64,000 nucleotides of DNA from Octopus sinensis (taxonomy: Eukaryota): assembly GCF_006345805.1 (NCBI RefSeq), contig NC_042997.1:97278001-97342000 (forward strand), in the 5' to 3' direction. The position numbers and the translations under genes are program-made. Position 1 is the first letter of the stretch. Each line of letters opens with the position of its first letter. The notes below the pieces were generated by a model. That model worked only from the letters and a program-made list of their open reading frames with translations, made no database searches and was not told where the DNA came from. Positions 12,560 to 25,758 of this stretch are shown here, one piece after another.

Positions 12560-12794
12560 AGGCGGCGACCTGGCAGAAACGTTAGCACGCCGGGAGAAAT
12601 GTTTAGTGGTATATCGTCTGCCGCGACGTTCTGAGTTCAAATTCCGCCGAGGTCAACTTTGCCTTTCATCCTTTCGGGGTCGATTAAATAAGTACCAGTT
12701 ACGCACTGGGGTCGATATAATCGACTTAATCCGTTTGTCTGTCCTTGTTTGCCCTCTTTGTGTTTAGCCCCTTGTGGGTAGTAAAGAAATAGGT
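12560..12794 (+). mobile_element. SINE family B, full-length copy
   Basis: aaggcggcgacctggcagaaacgttagcacgccggg ... B-box-like gagttcaaattcc ... ttagccccttgtgggtagtaaagaaatagg; many dispersed copies in the window. Confidence 0.9.
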
Positions 12795-13289
12795 AAGCTG
12801 TTCTTTGACGAATTTGGCTGCTATTTCTTGTAGGTCGAACAACTGTATTTGAAGCAGCCTCGAAGTTTTATCACTTGAATGCGAAGACAGTGTATCAACT
12901 CTTTAAGGTTCCTAAAATTAAATGTTAGCACTAAATTAACTATTGATTTTCGTAAAAATGGTGCCTCTTAATCATTTTATTTTTTAAACAAATGATTCCA
13001 AAAGTGGGCGATAACTTTCCCTTGGGGATGTCTGGGGCCTGAAGACGGGTACTGGGGTGCAAGAAAGTGATAAAGGTGTTAGAATGCAAAGGGAGATGAA
13101 AAAGTAATGAAAAAAAAGAGTACAAATTTGCTCGTAAAAGTGTCATCTGCGGTATTCACAATGATAATATGATCTTATTAATGAAGAAGATTTAAAAATT
13201 AGTACTGAAGGTGTATGTATGCGGATGTGTGTATACACATGTTCACATGTGAGTGTAATGCATACATATACATAAGTGTGTAATACACG

Positions 13290-13330
<41 letters not shown>

Positions 13331-13611
13331 TCACACACACACACCGTCTACTCTAATGTATAAGACATGTTTTTTTTTATTTTTCTTAAATGTTACAGAA
13401 AATTGCAACGCATTTAATGCATCTAATGCAACCATACAACGGATGAGATACCGAGTGTGTGAGTGTATGATTGAACATTATATTTGTTGTTGTTTTTGTT
13501 TTTTCAATAATATTTACTTTTTAGTGGAAAAAAATATGTAGGGGGTTGTTTTATGCGAGAGTGAGTTTTATACAACGGCAAATATGGTGCGCCTTATGCA
13601 TTGGTAAAGGC

Positions 13612-13716
<105 letters not shown>

Positions 13717-13729
13717 CATTTCTCCTCAA

Positions 13730-14970
13730 CCTCCTTCTTGCCAAAGTGGATAGATTGCCATTACAGTGGCGTCTTCAGAAATAGCATCAACACTGCTAGA
13801 CGGCGGCAGAACAGTCCATTCAACATTTAAGCTTCCCCTTAACATCAGCCGTGTTGAAAATCCTACCACCAATATAAACAAGAATTCTGATGAGGCATTT
13901 GTCTTTCAAAAATGCAAATTGATTGTCTGGGACGAGGCAACAAGAATGCACTTAATGCAATCAACACAATGCTACAAGACCTGCGCTCCAATTCTAAACC
14001 GTTCGGAGGCGTCGCTATTTTTCTTGCTGACTACTTTCGTCAAACCTTTCCTATTATCACAAAAGGCACACCAGCTGATGAATTAAACGCTTGCCTTAAA
14101 AATTATCATCTTTGGCGCTCTGTCCAGTCGAGAATGTTAACCATAAACACGCGTTCCATTCTCCACCAACAAGACGATAACAATTCCTTTGCTTCAAAGT
14201 TATTGGGTGTCGGTAATGAGAGCTTACCACACGACGAAAAACGTTTGGCTGACTTAAGTTATATCGGTAACTACGTCTCTAGCCCTGAGGAGCTATGCAC
14301 AACAGTTTACCCGAACCTCTCTACCAATTACATCAGTCGTGAATGGATGTGTGAAAGAGCCATCTTAGCTCCAGCAAATGCCACCGTCCAAGCCCTAAAC
14401 ACATATCTGCTTCGTCAACTTCCTACCCAAGAGCGATGCTATGCTTCCGTTGATTCAGTTACTGATCCAACACGAGTAACGTTTCTCCCAACAGAGTTTT
14501 TAAACTCACAAGAACCATCGGGATTGCCACCGCATAAACTTAGCCTTAAACTTGGTTGTCCTATTATACACTTGGGGAATCTGGAGCCTCCTCGGCTTTG
14601 CAATGGCACACGTTTGGCTGTTAAGCAAATGTTGGCTAACGTTCTCGAAGACACAATCATCACAGGAAAAGGCACTGGCGACTCTGCTTTTATTCCCCCG
14701 ACTGACTTATTCCGACTGACTGTTTTTGCGATGAAAAAAGTCCAATTCCCCATTCAATTAAGCTTTGCTATGACCATTAACAAAGCCCAAGGCCAGTCAC
14801 TAAAAGTGATTGAGCTGGACCTCAATACACCATGCTTTTCACACGGACAGCTGTACGTGGGGTGTTCCAGAGTTGGAAACTCGGCCAATCTCTTCTTCTA
14901 CACTCAAGAAAGATTGACAAAAAACGTGACTTACAAGGCAGCCCTCCAATATTTTATTCCTTTGAGTTGA
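13730..14970 (+). pseudogene. Helitron Pif1-like (SF1B) helicase, 5'-truncated, one frameshift near 13935
   Basis: ASSEIASTLLDGGRTVHSTFKLPL, LIVWDE, KPFGG..FRQTFP, AILAP, FLNS.EPSGLPPHKL.LK.G.PI, LCNGTRL, QFPIQLSFAMTINKAQGQSL, FSHGQLYVGCSRV. Confidence 0.92.
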
Positions 14971-15457
14971 AATCCTCTTCAGGTTGGCCCTTATTGCGCT
15001 TATTTACTCCTCACAATAGATTATGTAAATCTTCCGACAAATGCCCGTTGTTAAAGTCAAGCATTTTTTCATTTGAATGCACAGCTTCCCAGATGCCTCA
15101 GATAATTTCATATTGCAATTACACATATTTCTTACAGATTGCCTTCATGTCTATAGAAATGTGAATGCTTTTTGCACCGCTTCTTCAGCCATCCAGTCAA
15201 TTAAACGGCATTTCGAATGATAATTTTTTCCATATTTTCACATTTTAATACCCGATATCTGCAAATAAAACATGTTCCTTTTTGAATACCTCTTATTTTT
15301 GATTTAAAGTCTCAACTATGTCAAATAATCCTCAATTTTAAGCATAGAGAGAAGCGGAATTACACTATTTTAGACTCCAATTCTATCATGAACTTACACC
15401 ATCCAACAGACGGAAGGTGTTTGCTTGTGTGACACATACATACATACATACATACAT

Positions 15458-15495
<38 letters not shown>

Positions 15496-15501
15496 CACAC
15501 A

Positions 15502-15597
<96 letters not shown>

Positions 15598-15931
15598 TAT
15601 ATATAATATATATATATATATATCAGAGGCGACTCCAGGTCATCAGCATCATTCGGACGCATTACTGATGTCGTATAAGGCACATCCCTGCCCGAAGTAT
15701 TTCACGTTTTCCCGCTTTATTTCTAGCCTCAAATGGTTTATTTTTTTATATTCTAACACTATGTCTTTCTCCATTTCTAAGTTAAGGGTGAAAATAAAGC
15801 AACCCTGCAAAACGCAACTGATCTTTACGCACAGACGCACAGAATAACATCAATCAAATAACGAAATCAGACTGCACAACAAACAATAGCTATCTGACTA
15901 TCGTCTGTACACGTTAGTCTTTTACACTTAC

Positions 15932-16054
15932 CAGGCTCGTTCGTATTAGCCCAAGTTGCAGGATAATTTTCCGTTCCTTTAAAAATATCGTAGAACGGCA
16001 ACTGTTTTTTGTGCGGAAAAGGTAATCGTTTTGTAGAAGTTATTAATTTTCTGG
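15932..16054 (-). CDS. Candidate internal exon (phase 1-1, 123 nt), product unknown
   Basis: tttgacag| acceptor, strong CCTG|GTAAGT donor, open frame ARKLITSTKRLPFPHKKQLPFYDIFKGTENYPATWANTNEP; weak pyrimidine tract; no family recognised. Confidence 0.25.
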
Positions 16055-16430
16055 CTGTCAAAGATTTTTTTTTTTCGTTATGCGTGTTATATCAGAGATA
16101 TAATGTAGTTTGCAAATGCTTGTTTTGTTGAACTCACAAAATATATCTTTTTTTGTTTTGTTTTGTGAAACAGAATAATAGAAAATAAATATTCAGTCAT
16201 TAGATACATATTTTTATGGAGCTTATGTTAATGGTAGAAACCAGGTCACCTTTGGAAATTTTTTGTATGCTTATTTATCATAAATTTTTGTTCAACAACT
16301 GTTTACATAACAAATTATCAAATTATCATGATAATAAAAGTGATACTGAAAATTTCTCTATTATTTGATAAATTTTACAAATCTTATTTGTATTAATAGT
16401 TTTGAATTTTTTTCAAAATTTACCTGTTTC

Positions 16431-16868
16431 GGATCTTTTCGGTTTGAACGGCAGTTTTTTCTAGCGGTTTCATATGAAATTGTTACCCATAATTATGACC
16501 CTAGTATCGATCTATTGCATTTCAATCTGTTTTAGGGTTAGGGTTAGTTAGAGTTAGTTAGGGTTAGGGGTGGGAGGAAGGGTATCTTTTTTTCTTCAGA
16601 AATGTAAATAAACCCAATCTGTTTCTTAAACGAGGGACATTTTCATACGGCACAGAATGTTTTCACCTCAATAGACGTCATTGATTGGTTGAAATTGCAG
16701 AAATTGAAGAAGAAAAACAACAAATATCTTACAAACTATAGAATTTTCTCAATAAAGCCAAGAGAAAAAGATGTTTTATAAACACATTCTACCAGTATAC
16801 GAAGTTTAAAAGTGTTTAGTTACGTGGAAATTATTTTTAAAAAACTGCCGTTCAAACCGAAAAGATCC
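16431..16868. mobile_element. MITE with about 30-bp TIRs and internal TTAGGG-like repeats
   Basis: ggatcttttcggtttgaacggcagtttttt ... aaaaaactgccgttcaaaccgaaaagatcc; degenerate (TTAGGG)n near 16532-16570. Confidence 0.85.
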
Positions 16869-17399
16869 CCTTTTTCAATTATTAACCATTTATTACAAAA
16901 TTGAAGTACTTTTTCCACTAATAATGGCTAAAGAGTCACAGAAAAATTAAAGATTCCAGGAGGGGACCATGAGCTAAAAAAGAAATGGGAACCAGTGATG
17001 CAGCCTACCGGTAATAGTTAAGGGGACTCGGCCTCCTTACTCCTCGCAGTTTATATAACACGTTTTATTGCGCATATATGGCCATTTGGTGAAGCTTAAA
17101 TTAGCTTATGGACAAATCTCTAGGCGTGGTCCTTGCTGACAACGTCATTGTAAGCATTAAATGAAGATATTGCATATGTTCATTGTATTTAGAAGCAAGG
17201 GGAGAAGAACAGTATGAAAAGAACATAACTATCCTCTCCATTTATTAAACTCCCACTTCACTCCCTTTTCTTTTTTAGCAATGTTTATTTGTTGCTAAAG
17301 GGCAAGAAAGCTATGTGGAAAGCAATAAACACTATTTGGTTTATTTTCTTTCTTCCTTACTACATTATCTTTGGGAACCATGAAAGTATGTAAGAATAA

Positions 17400-17400
17400 C

Positions 17401-17458
<58 letters not shown>
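17400..17458. repeat. (TAG)n microsatellite
   Basis: Directly visible. Confidence 0.95.
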
Positions 17459-17459
<1 letters not shown>

Positions 17460-17671
17460 AAAAATAACTACAGGAACAACAACTGAAATGTTGCTTGCTT
17501 TATAAAAATGCGTTGCTGTTTAGCTACGCATTTCTTAAGAAGCTGTCCCAAATATATTTAGAAAAAAAGAAAAGAAAAAACATTGCAAACCAAGACGAAT
17601 TTAACAGGAAATGTAATTTTAATCCCAGGTGAACTCTGACTCTGATCAAATTTGTCACACCTTAACCATAC

Positions 17672-17922
17672 CATCGTTATTGCATGTTTTGATATATCGG
17701 GCACGACATCGTCCAATCAATAGCATAGCTAGGTAGAGTGGGGAGAGGGTTGATGATTGGGGCGGTCCGCTCTGGACGGCACTGTTATGGAAGGTGGCAC
17801 TTTTGGATCTGCTGTTTAAGCTAGTATAGGGAACTGGACGGTGGACTTGCTGGGTGCTGGAGGTGGCAAACTCGGGAGCTGCCCCGGGTTTCACACACTC
17901 TAGTAACGTCACTGTTTCCATT
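17672..17922 (-). CDS. Candidate coding exon, S/T/P-rich, product unknown
   Basis: GC-enriched non-repetitive island; ccgttttcatag|A ATG acceptor at 17923/17922, GATG|GTATGG donor at 17672/17671 (alternative AAG|GTGTGA at 17661); only one frame open. Confidence 0.35.
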
Positions 17923-19102
17923 CTATGAAAACGGGTTTGATTGCTACTTTTTGTTTCTGCCTTGTTTCATATTGATTGATTGATTGATTCTAGTTTCAGC
18001 TCATGAGCTGTGGCCATGCTGGGGCACCGCCATTTGCTGGGGCACCGCCATTTATATTACATGTAGTTGTTTCTGTTTATCTCCGGATCGACCTTGATTG
18101 AATAAATTTATGACCAATGGAATTCCAGTCATAACTACTCCGTCTGTTCCGGGACTATACGAACCAATTAATGAGCCGCAATAAAAACAGTATATGTTTT
18201 AGTAAGGAATTCATGCATATTATACGCGCACCCACGCACACACATACACACACGCGCGCACGGCATGAATAGACGCGCACAAATGTAAATGGATCTTTGT
18301 CCGTTTTGACCGTAAGAATTCTAAGAATTCAGTTGTTCGATCAAGTGAACTACTTGCCCCTTTGCTCATTGAAATAACATGTCAGTGGCTGAATATTCCA
18401 CAGACATGTGTATACTTAGTTCCTCGGATAGAATCTGGGTGATACATGTGTGACAAGGCTATAGCTTTGAATTATGGGTACAAAGGTTCAAACTTACTGC
18501 ACAAGCGGTTTTCGCTCAATCGTTTCCTTTCGCAAGGTTTCTGTTAGCTCGAGGCTCAGGCAAATGACACTTATCTAAGATGTCATGCAGTAAAATTGAA
18601 CCGGGGATCAAGTAGCAGATTTTCTTAACCATTGAGTCATACATACATTGAGTCACACATACATACATACATACATACATACATACATACATACATACAT
18701 ACACTAGTCGAAGCGACAAGTCGCATATTTGGCTTGGGAGACTATTTATCAAAAATACGATAAATACCATCTCTGACTTTGGAGTCACAACTATCAGCCT
18801 TGTTAAATAACTGGTTAATCCCCAGGTGACTTAACTGAGGAAGTCTTTTATTCACGAACGTAGTGATTTTCGACTGAAACTTGAATTTATCATGCAGAGG
18901 ATTACTACAAACAACATGGCTGGACACATCAACAACACAATCGAGAACAGAACGAAGACAACAGTTCAACAGGTAAACAAATTTTTCCTAGCTGTAGTTA
19001 TAGAAGAAACCGTAACAACAAAATTCATTTCTCTGGGAGTTATATGAGCGTGTCTAGATATGCGACTATATGCATGAGAATACATACATAAAACATACAA
19101 AG

Positions 19103-19149
<47 letters not shown>

Positions 19150-19454
19150 AAGCTTAACTGTTACTGTCGCTGTGATCGAATGTGACTTTTTAGCCCAGCT
19201 AAAAATCTGCAATGTCTTGTACAGAATTGGCAACCGGTAATAGCCGGCTGTAGTTGTAACTGGGCTTCATGTACCTTTGCATGTCGTTTAAGTCCTCCTA
19301 CATACATACACACATACAAACAAACAAAAATACCCTATTATTGATGTTGAAATTCCAATGAAGGAGACTTCGATCTAGATTAGAAACCGGTTCTTTCTCT
19401 ATTGGCAAGAACTCTTGAAATAACTTAATAATGACATACATATATACATGCATA

Positions 19455-19840
19455 GGCGCGGGCGTGGCTGTGTTGTCAGAAACTTACTTCCCAGCCACAT
19501 GGTCCCGGATTCAGTCCCTCTACGTGGCACCTTGGGCAAGTATTTTCTCCTATAGTCTCGGGCTGACCAATGCCTTGTGAATGGATTTGGTAGACGGAAA
19601 CTGAAAGAAGCCCGTCATGTGTGTGTGTCTGTCTCTGTGTTTGTCTTATCACCATCGCTTGACAGCCGGTGTTGGTGTGTTTGTGTCACCGTTATTTTAC
19701 AGTTCGGCAAAAAGACTCCGATAGAATAAGTACCAGGCTTAAAAAATATAAGTACTGGAATCGATTCATTCGACTAAAAATTCAAGGCGGTGACCCAGCA
19801 TGGCCACAGTCTAATGACTGAAACAAGTAAAAGATAAAAG
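19455..19840 (+). mobile_element. SINE family A, full-length (tRNA-like head, internal GT microsatellite, conserved tail)
   Basis: ggcgcgggcgtggctgtg ... ggattcagtcc ... ttgggcaag ... gaaactgaaagaagcccgtc (GT)n ... catggccacagtctaatgactgaaacaagtaaaag. Confidence 0.85.
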
Positions 19841-22800
19841 ACAACAGATACATACATACATACACACACATACATACATACATACATACATACATACATA
19901 CATACATACATACATACATAATACGTACCTACGTACGTATTCACATATAATACACGTATATATATAAATATATGAAAATCAACATAACCGCAAATACATA
20001 TACACATGTATATAGGTGCATATATTTAAATATTCACACTTGTTCTTCTCTTGCACAATTACAGATACTAGCAAATCTACCCATCTACGATGGAGGCATA
20101 AGATGAGGGAGATGAGTCATAATAACAGTATGTATTGAGAAATGTGTAAATGGTCTTGATAGATTACTGGGTGATGTCTTAGAGAAATCACATTATTGTT
20201 GGCGATACAGCATTCTATTGCAGCTATATAACATGTGCTTGTGACTAAGTGACATGTGATGACGATTCACTCCCGAACTGAAATAGGCTCCCAACCTCTG
20301 TATCATGAATGGTTATGTGGACCACTCTTAACGAAAGCCAGAGCTTCCATCGACCACTACATAAAAAGTATTTAGAAAAAGATGTTATTTAGATATACTT
20401 TTATTTTAGTTGCTTACACTATTTTACGCTTCAAAGTTCACAAATTTCCTTATTTGAATTATGAATTATATTCCTTTCGGTAATATCAATATGATTACAA
20501 AACCTCTTTGTAGACGATATTTTCTTTTTGGTCGACACAAAATTTTCAATTTACTGGAGTCCGTTGCTCTACTCTTAGCGACGTATAACTGCCGTGTGTA
20601 AACATCGGAGTGGGTGAAAATACACTTACACGATCTATAGTTTGGCCTTGTGCCTTGTTTGCTGTGAACCTTTAGGGTTGCAAAAAGTCAAACTAAGACT
20701 TACCTCTCACTGTTCTATGCGAATAATATCTGGATGTCCTGGTACCATGGGTTATTTTGATTGACAAAACTGTGACAACAGCCGCTTCGATTAGCCGTTT
20801 CGAATCCTACTCGAGACTAACAGACTTCAATAAACACTAAATAATCACACACTTTTTCCATTTTATTTTCGCTGTTAACCGTCCTCGCGACCCCATTCGT
20901 ATCTGCGATGGGGCCACGAACTATACAATGAAAATCCAGAGTTACTCGTGGTCGGTGATTTTTTTTATAAAAATGCGAAGGTGGTTTATCAATTCAAGAA
21001 TCGATATCCACGAAATAATCATACTTTCTGAGTTTTTAATGCTAAAAGTTCACGAATACATGAAAATCGAAAATTCGAAAACGAAAGTTTACGATGCCCT
21101 CTAGGATTTTCTTAAATGAATTGCAATTTTCGTATCAACTGCACCACATAAACTCGCAGAGATACGACTCAACCATAGAACGGTGAGTGTCACAGCGTCG
21201 TTTATTACTTCGCTTTACAGAGGCCCGTGTAGGTACCATTTTCGAGTTAATAAACTCAATGCTGTGGTTCACGAGTGCTACACACGAGTACACAGGTTAC
21301 AGAACAGCTTGGCTCGTTACTATGGAAACAGGTGTCTGTGGCGTTCGACTGGCAAAAATTACCCAAAATTTGCAAACTTTAAAAGATATTAACTGCTTAT
21401 TTATTAATTTGTGGCGAAAATGAATTTCATTTCCATAATTAGCATACAAAACTACATCAATGCACCAAATTTGTAATTAAATGGAACAAAATCGAAGGAG
21501 TTTAAAAGCGAAAAGCAAACAGAAAAGATCCTAAATCTATTTATCTAGGCCACAACGAAATTTAAATATTGCACACGTTACAGGATACAAGCTTAAAGAA
21601 TTTATTTCAGTTTAGCTTGAGTCGTGGAGAGTTGATAATGCTTATTGAAATATCGCATTTCATAATCAAATTTAACATCATGAACATCGTTGCGAAATAA
21701 TATCACACTTTTCAAGCATTATCTTGATAGTGTAACAAAGGAGGTTTCTTCATGTGATGGAATATAATATATTTCTTACATAATTAGGAAAGGTGCTCAT
21801 GCAGTGCAGTTATTGGAAACATCCAGATAGAACAGCGTAATATGACACGTAGAGAAAGTCTTTGTTAAAAGATCAACATTTGGGCTAATTTTTACATACA
21901 TATTCAGGTACGATGGCATGTCTTCTTCTTCGATCATTCCAAGTTGAATATGCAGCTATGAAAACAGCTTTTCAATCACATGAAGATACCAATTTCGTAA
22001 ATTCACGCCTACCGATTGGCAAACGTGAATTTATGTCTCTTCTTTTGATAACTCTTTTTAGACATTTCTTAAGACATTTAGGAAGTTGAACTCTTATATT
22101 GTCTCGCATAGTAGTCGGTAGTTACAGCCATTTCTACGGAAATTTTGTCTTAAATTACAATACTTAATTCTCCTTCGCCTCAGTGTCGTTTACAAATTCT
22201 GTCTGATTAAATTACTATTTTCTCTCTGTGTCCTGAGAAAAAGCTGTGTATTTTATTCCCGATCTGACTGAGAAAATACAGCTAGAAGCCTTGTATATAC
22301 AATATGTTAATAATAGCAGCAATACAACGTTGTTTTCAATAAATGTACATACAAAATTATGTATAATATGTTTAATAAAAAATAGTCTCGCTGAGGAAAG
22401 AAATATCGCAAACAAGCCACAGTGTGTTCGGTAGATAAGAATGAACGAATCGACCGTCATGGGTTTCGTGTTAATTCCATTTTTTATGACTTATCAAGGC
22501 CGTTCACCTCAACTTGCACCATCCGAAGTTTTGAAGAATAAATCATCTTATCAAAGATGTAAACAAGTAGCCATTTGTATTATGCTATTTACATGGTAGG
22601 AGTCTGACGGACGAGATTGATTAGTGAAAGTACCAACAAAACGACGTTATAAATAAACACGAATATTAGACCGTATACAATGTGTTCATTGAACAGATAT
22701 TTAGTCTCCCGTTGTAAATATACTATCGATAAGCCACAGTGTTCTTGGTTGTTATGAGTTGAGGAATCAACTTGCAAACGTTGTGGCTTGTTCACATGTT

Positions 22801-23081
22801 TATTAAATATATGGCATTATTTTGGTTTTCGTCTATTTCACTGTGTTCCTTTGTTTTCAGCTATGGAAATTACAATTTTGCCAAAATAAATAGATGGATA
22901 GAATAAACAAATGAAAAACCAACCTTTTGTTTTTTGTTTTTTTTTGTTTTTTTTTTTGTTTTGTTTTTTTTTGCTTTTTTTTGTTTTGTTTTGTTTTTTT
23001 CTAACTTTTCGTAAACACTTTTAGAGATTACATGTTTAGAAATACGGAGATCACAATTGCGAAAATAAATAAATAAATGGA

Positions 23082-23112
<31 letters not shown>

Positions 23113-23819
23113 ATGACTTCTTTTTTTTTTTTCAAAATTTCAATATCAATTGCTTGCGGTAATTTCTGATTGCTGCTGTTAAGCCACAAGCGGCCCTGGC
23201 GAAATACCTTTCAGATAGGTTGTGTATACTTTAGAGATTAGATTCTAGTATGCAATAAGTCGTTAACTCTTCGCGATCCTTAGTGGCTTCGGGTGGCAGT
23301 TATTGTTTATTTTTGTTTCGTTTTTTTTTTTTTTTATCAGACTGGTTCCTACCAATATCAGCCAGATGGGTAATGTTTGTATTCCTAGTGAGCATTTGCT
23401 GGTAAAGGTCGATGTATGTATGTATGTATGTATGTATGTATGTATGTATGTATGTATGTTCATTTCCTTTTTGGTTATAGTTTTGACCGGAATGCCTGTT
23501 TGGAAACAAGATTGTAGAGAAATTAGTGGGTCTCGTAATTTTCATTATCATTTGATAGTCCCACAACTGTATGAATCTGAAACGAACTTAGTGTGTGTAT
23601 CTTCTCTTGTACTTTCGGGGTACAAGAAAGCAATCACTAGCCGTTGCTTTAATAATCCAGCATTCTACCAGTCAGAAACAACAAGACGCAGACGTAAATA
23701 ATATATATACTACTTTATTCTCTAATGTGGTAACAGTAACAATAAGTGGTTATCTGATGTCCTTGGTTCTGGGCGCGCAAGGCTGAAAGTTAATCGATTG
23801 TAATATTTACAATGTTCAG

Positions 23820-24175
23820 CCGCTAAAAACAGAACGGGTTAAAGATGGCGTCCGGAACAGGGAGATGTGGTCTGCAACAATTTGGTTAAAGGCCTTTTGG
23901 TAAGGTGCTGCTAGAATCAAGTCCAGACGGAGAGAAAATATTTCGTGACCGTCGCCTTCAGTCGCTGCTGTCTCAAGTCCCCGCTGACTGCTGCTAGTGG
24001 TCAAACGTTCTACGACCCCCTTGCCTCGGCTAACTACCACGTAGGCAAAAGGGTCGTGCTTCCGGTGGTTCGCGCATGCGCGAGAGGGCCCTTCCTTTCT
24101 GTGCCTTGGTGAAGGCACCAACACTCGCACGCGCGAAATAGAAAATGGACGGTGCGCGCGCGCGCACCGTTATAG
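23820..24175. promoter_or_regulatory. CpG-rich promoter-like patch
   Basis: Unusually CpG-rich for this window; YY1-like AAGATGGCG (23842-50), ETS-like CCGGAA/CTTCCGG (23852, 24059), NRF1-like GCGCATGCGC (24072-81), perfect 22-bp (CG)n-centred palindrome 24149-24170. Confidence 0.45.
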
Positions 24176-24387
24176 GATCACTACAAATCCATGTCCGGTA
24201 ATTTCACCGTTTTTTTTTGTTTTTGTTTTCAGTAAAATAGTTTTTAACTATTAATAGTGAGATACTATGGATATATTTTCTCGGTAAACTTTCCCCGCAG
24301 TGAACTTTCTTCGTGGTAAAGCTTCTACACGGTGAATTGATTGGGGTGAACTTACCTGTACTCATGTGAAACTTCGGTTTCACTTAG

Positions 24388-24530
24388 CTGTGAGACTTAG
24401 GCACTGTCCGGGGCCCTTGCGTCTCTGGACTTCCCTGTCCTGCTCTATAATTGTGAAGCTTAGACACTGTCAGGGGCCCTTGGTCTCTAGACCTCACTGT
24501 CCTGCTCTATAATTGTGAGGCTTGGACACT
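24388..24530. repeat. Minisatellite, about 2.3 copies of a 62-63-bp unit
   Basis: gtgagacttag / gtgaagcttag / gtgaggcttgg recur at 24390, 24453 and 24515. Confidence 0.85.
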
Positions 24531-24879
24531 TAAAACCGCCTGAAATCCTTACTTGCTATGAAGTAGTCTGTAAGATATTGTATACATACATTGGTTGACT
24601 ATAATTCCAACTTCTTGCAACTACATACATACATACATACATAAAGATACATACATACATCATACACACACACACACACACATACATGCATACATACATA
24701 CACACACATACATACATACACACACACACATACATACACACACACATACATATTTACACACACATACATACATACATACATACATACATACATACATACA
24801 TACATACATACATACATACATACATACATACATACATACACACTAGCATGCTTTGCGGGAGTATAGGTTACCAATAATC

Positions 24880-25225
24880 AGATTTTATATCCAACCAACG
24901 ACTCTACTCAGATACTTGGATACGTCTTATTCATTGTATGATTCGGGAGATCAGCCCAGACTGTTTGGCCATGTTACTCGATTTTCCGAGTTAGACCCTC
25001 CTACCGCATTCTCTTCACTAGGGATCCGGCTAAGTTGACGGATCGTGTTGATCGACCACATGCCACATGGTCACAGCAGATGAGAAGGTATCTTGCAGGG
25101 ATGGGAACTGATTGGGACCCTGTTGAACGGGTCACCCGAGAGAACCCAGGAATATACTGACAAATGGTGAATGCAGCAAAGCACTGCAACGGCGTATACC
25201 CCCACATCTAATCCGACCCAACCTG
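24880..25225 (+). mobile_element. Decayed LINE 3' fragment (RTE-like)
   Basis: RLFGHVTRF resembles the R.FGHV.R motif at the C-terminus of RTE-type ORFs. Confidence 0.4.
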
Positions 25226-25537
25226 AAGAGGATTTCGATGTGTTTGTTGGGAGGGACACATAAGCGAGTTGTTAAGAGTGTTGTTCAAATGATTAACAAA
25301 TTCCACGAGGGGTGAACGAGAGGGACATTTAACAATAAATTTATCCAAGGAAAGGCTAAAATAAAAGCTTATACACGCATTAATTATCAAATCCTCACTG
25401 GTAACAAGACTGGGATGTGAGGATTAACTTAACTGTATTTGTTCGACCATCAGTTATGAGGAAAATGAGAGATAAAAATATATGAAGCCACCAAAGCCTG
25501 AAATATTTTCTTGGTTTGCTTGGTGAGAAACGAGATG

Positions 25538-25758
25538 CGAGAGGATGATGGGAAAGTTCCTGACTTTGGGTAAAAGAAAGTACAGGAGGACCAAATAATT
25601 ATGATTTTTTTTTCAACATATTCCCCTCTCAGATTCACGCACTTATTGCAGCAGTCATTCAGTTTTTCTAAGTCCTGTAAAAAGAACTCGGAAGGTTGGG
25701 CCTCCAACCAGGCCTTCTGCGATATCCTTAAAGCCAAGACCTTTTCAGCACTCCTTCG
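25538..25758 (-). mobile_element. Short non-autonomous mariner derivative
   Basis: Degenerate TIRs (cgagaggatgatgggaaagttcctgactt / aagccaagaccttttcagcactccttcg|ta) around the mariner C-terminal relic FF..LEKL.D..NKCV.LRGEYVEK. Confidence 0.7.

Noticed and set aside
13886-13925. CTGATGAG followed by a GCATTT/AAATGC stem
   Set aside because: No GAAA after the stem; lies within the Helitron helicase coding relic.
16532-16570. TTAGGG repeats as a telomere or fusion site
   Set aside because: Short, degenerate and enclosed by MITE TIRs.
21690-22109. Protein-like minus-strand translation MRDNIRVQLPKCLKK...
   Set aside because: Several stops and no recognisable family; not enough support to call a pseudogene.
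24340-24362. Strong minus-strand splice donor CAG|GTAAGT
   Set aside because: Appears to be part of the inverted end of a small repeat (ggtaatttcacc / ggtgaacttacc, about 24195-24360).
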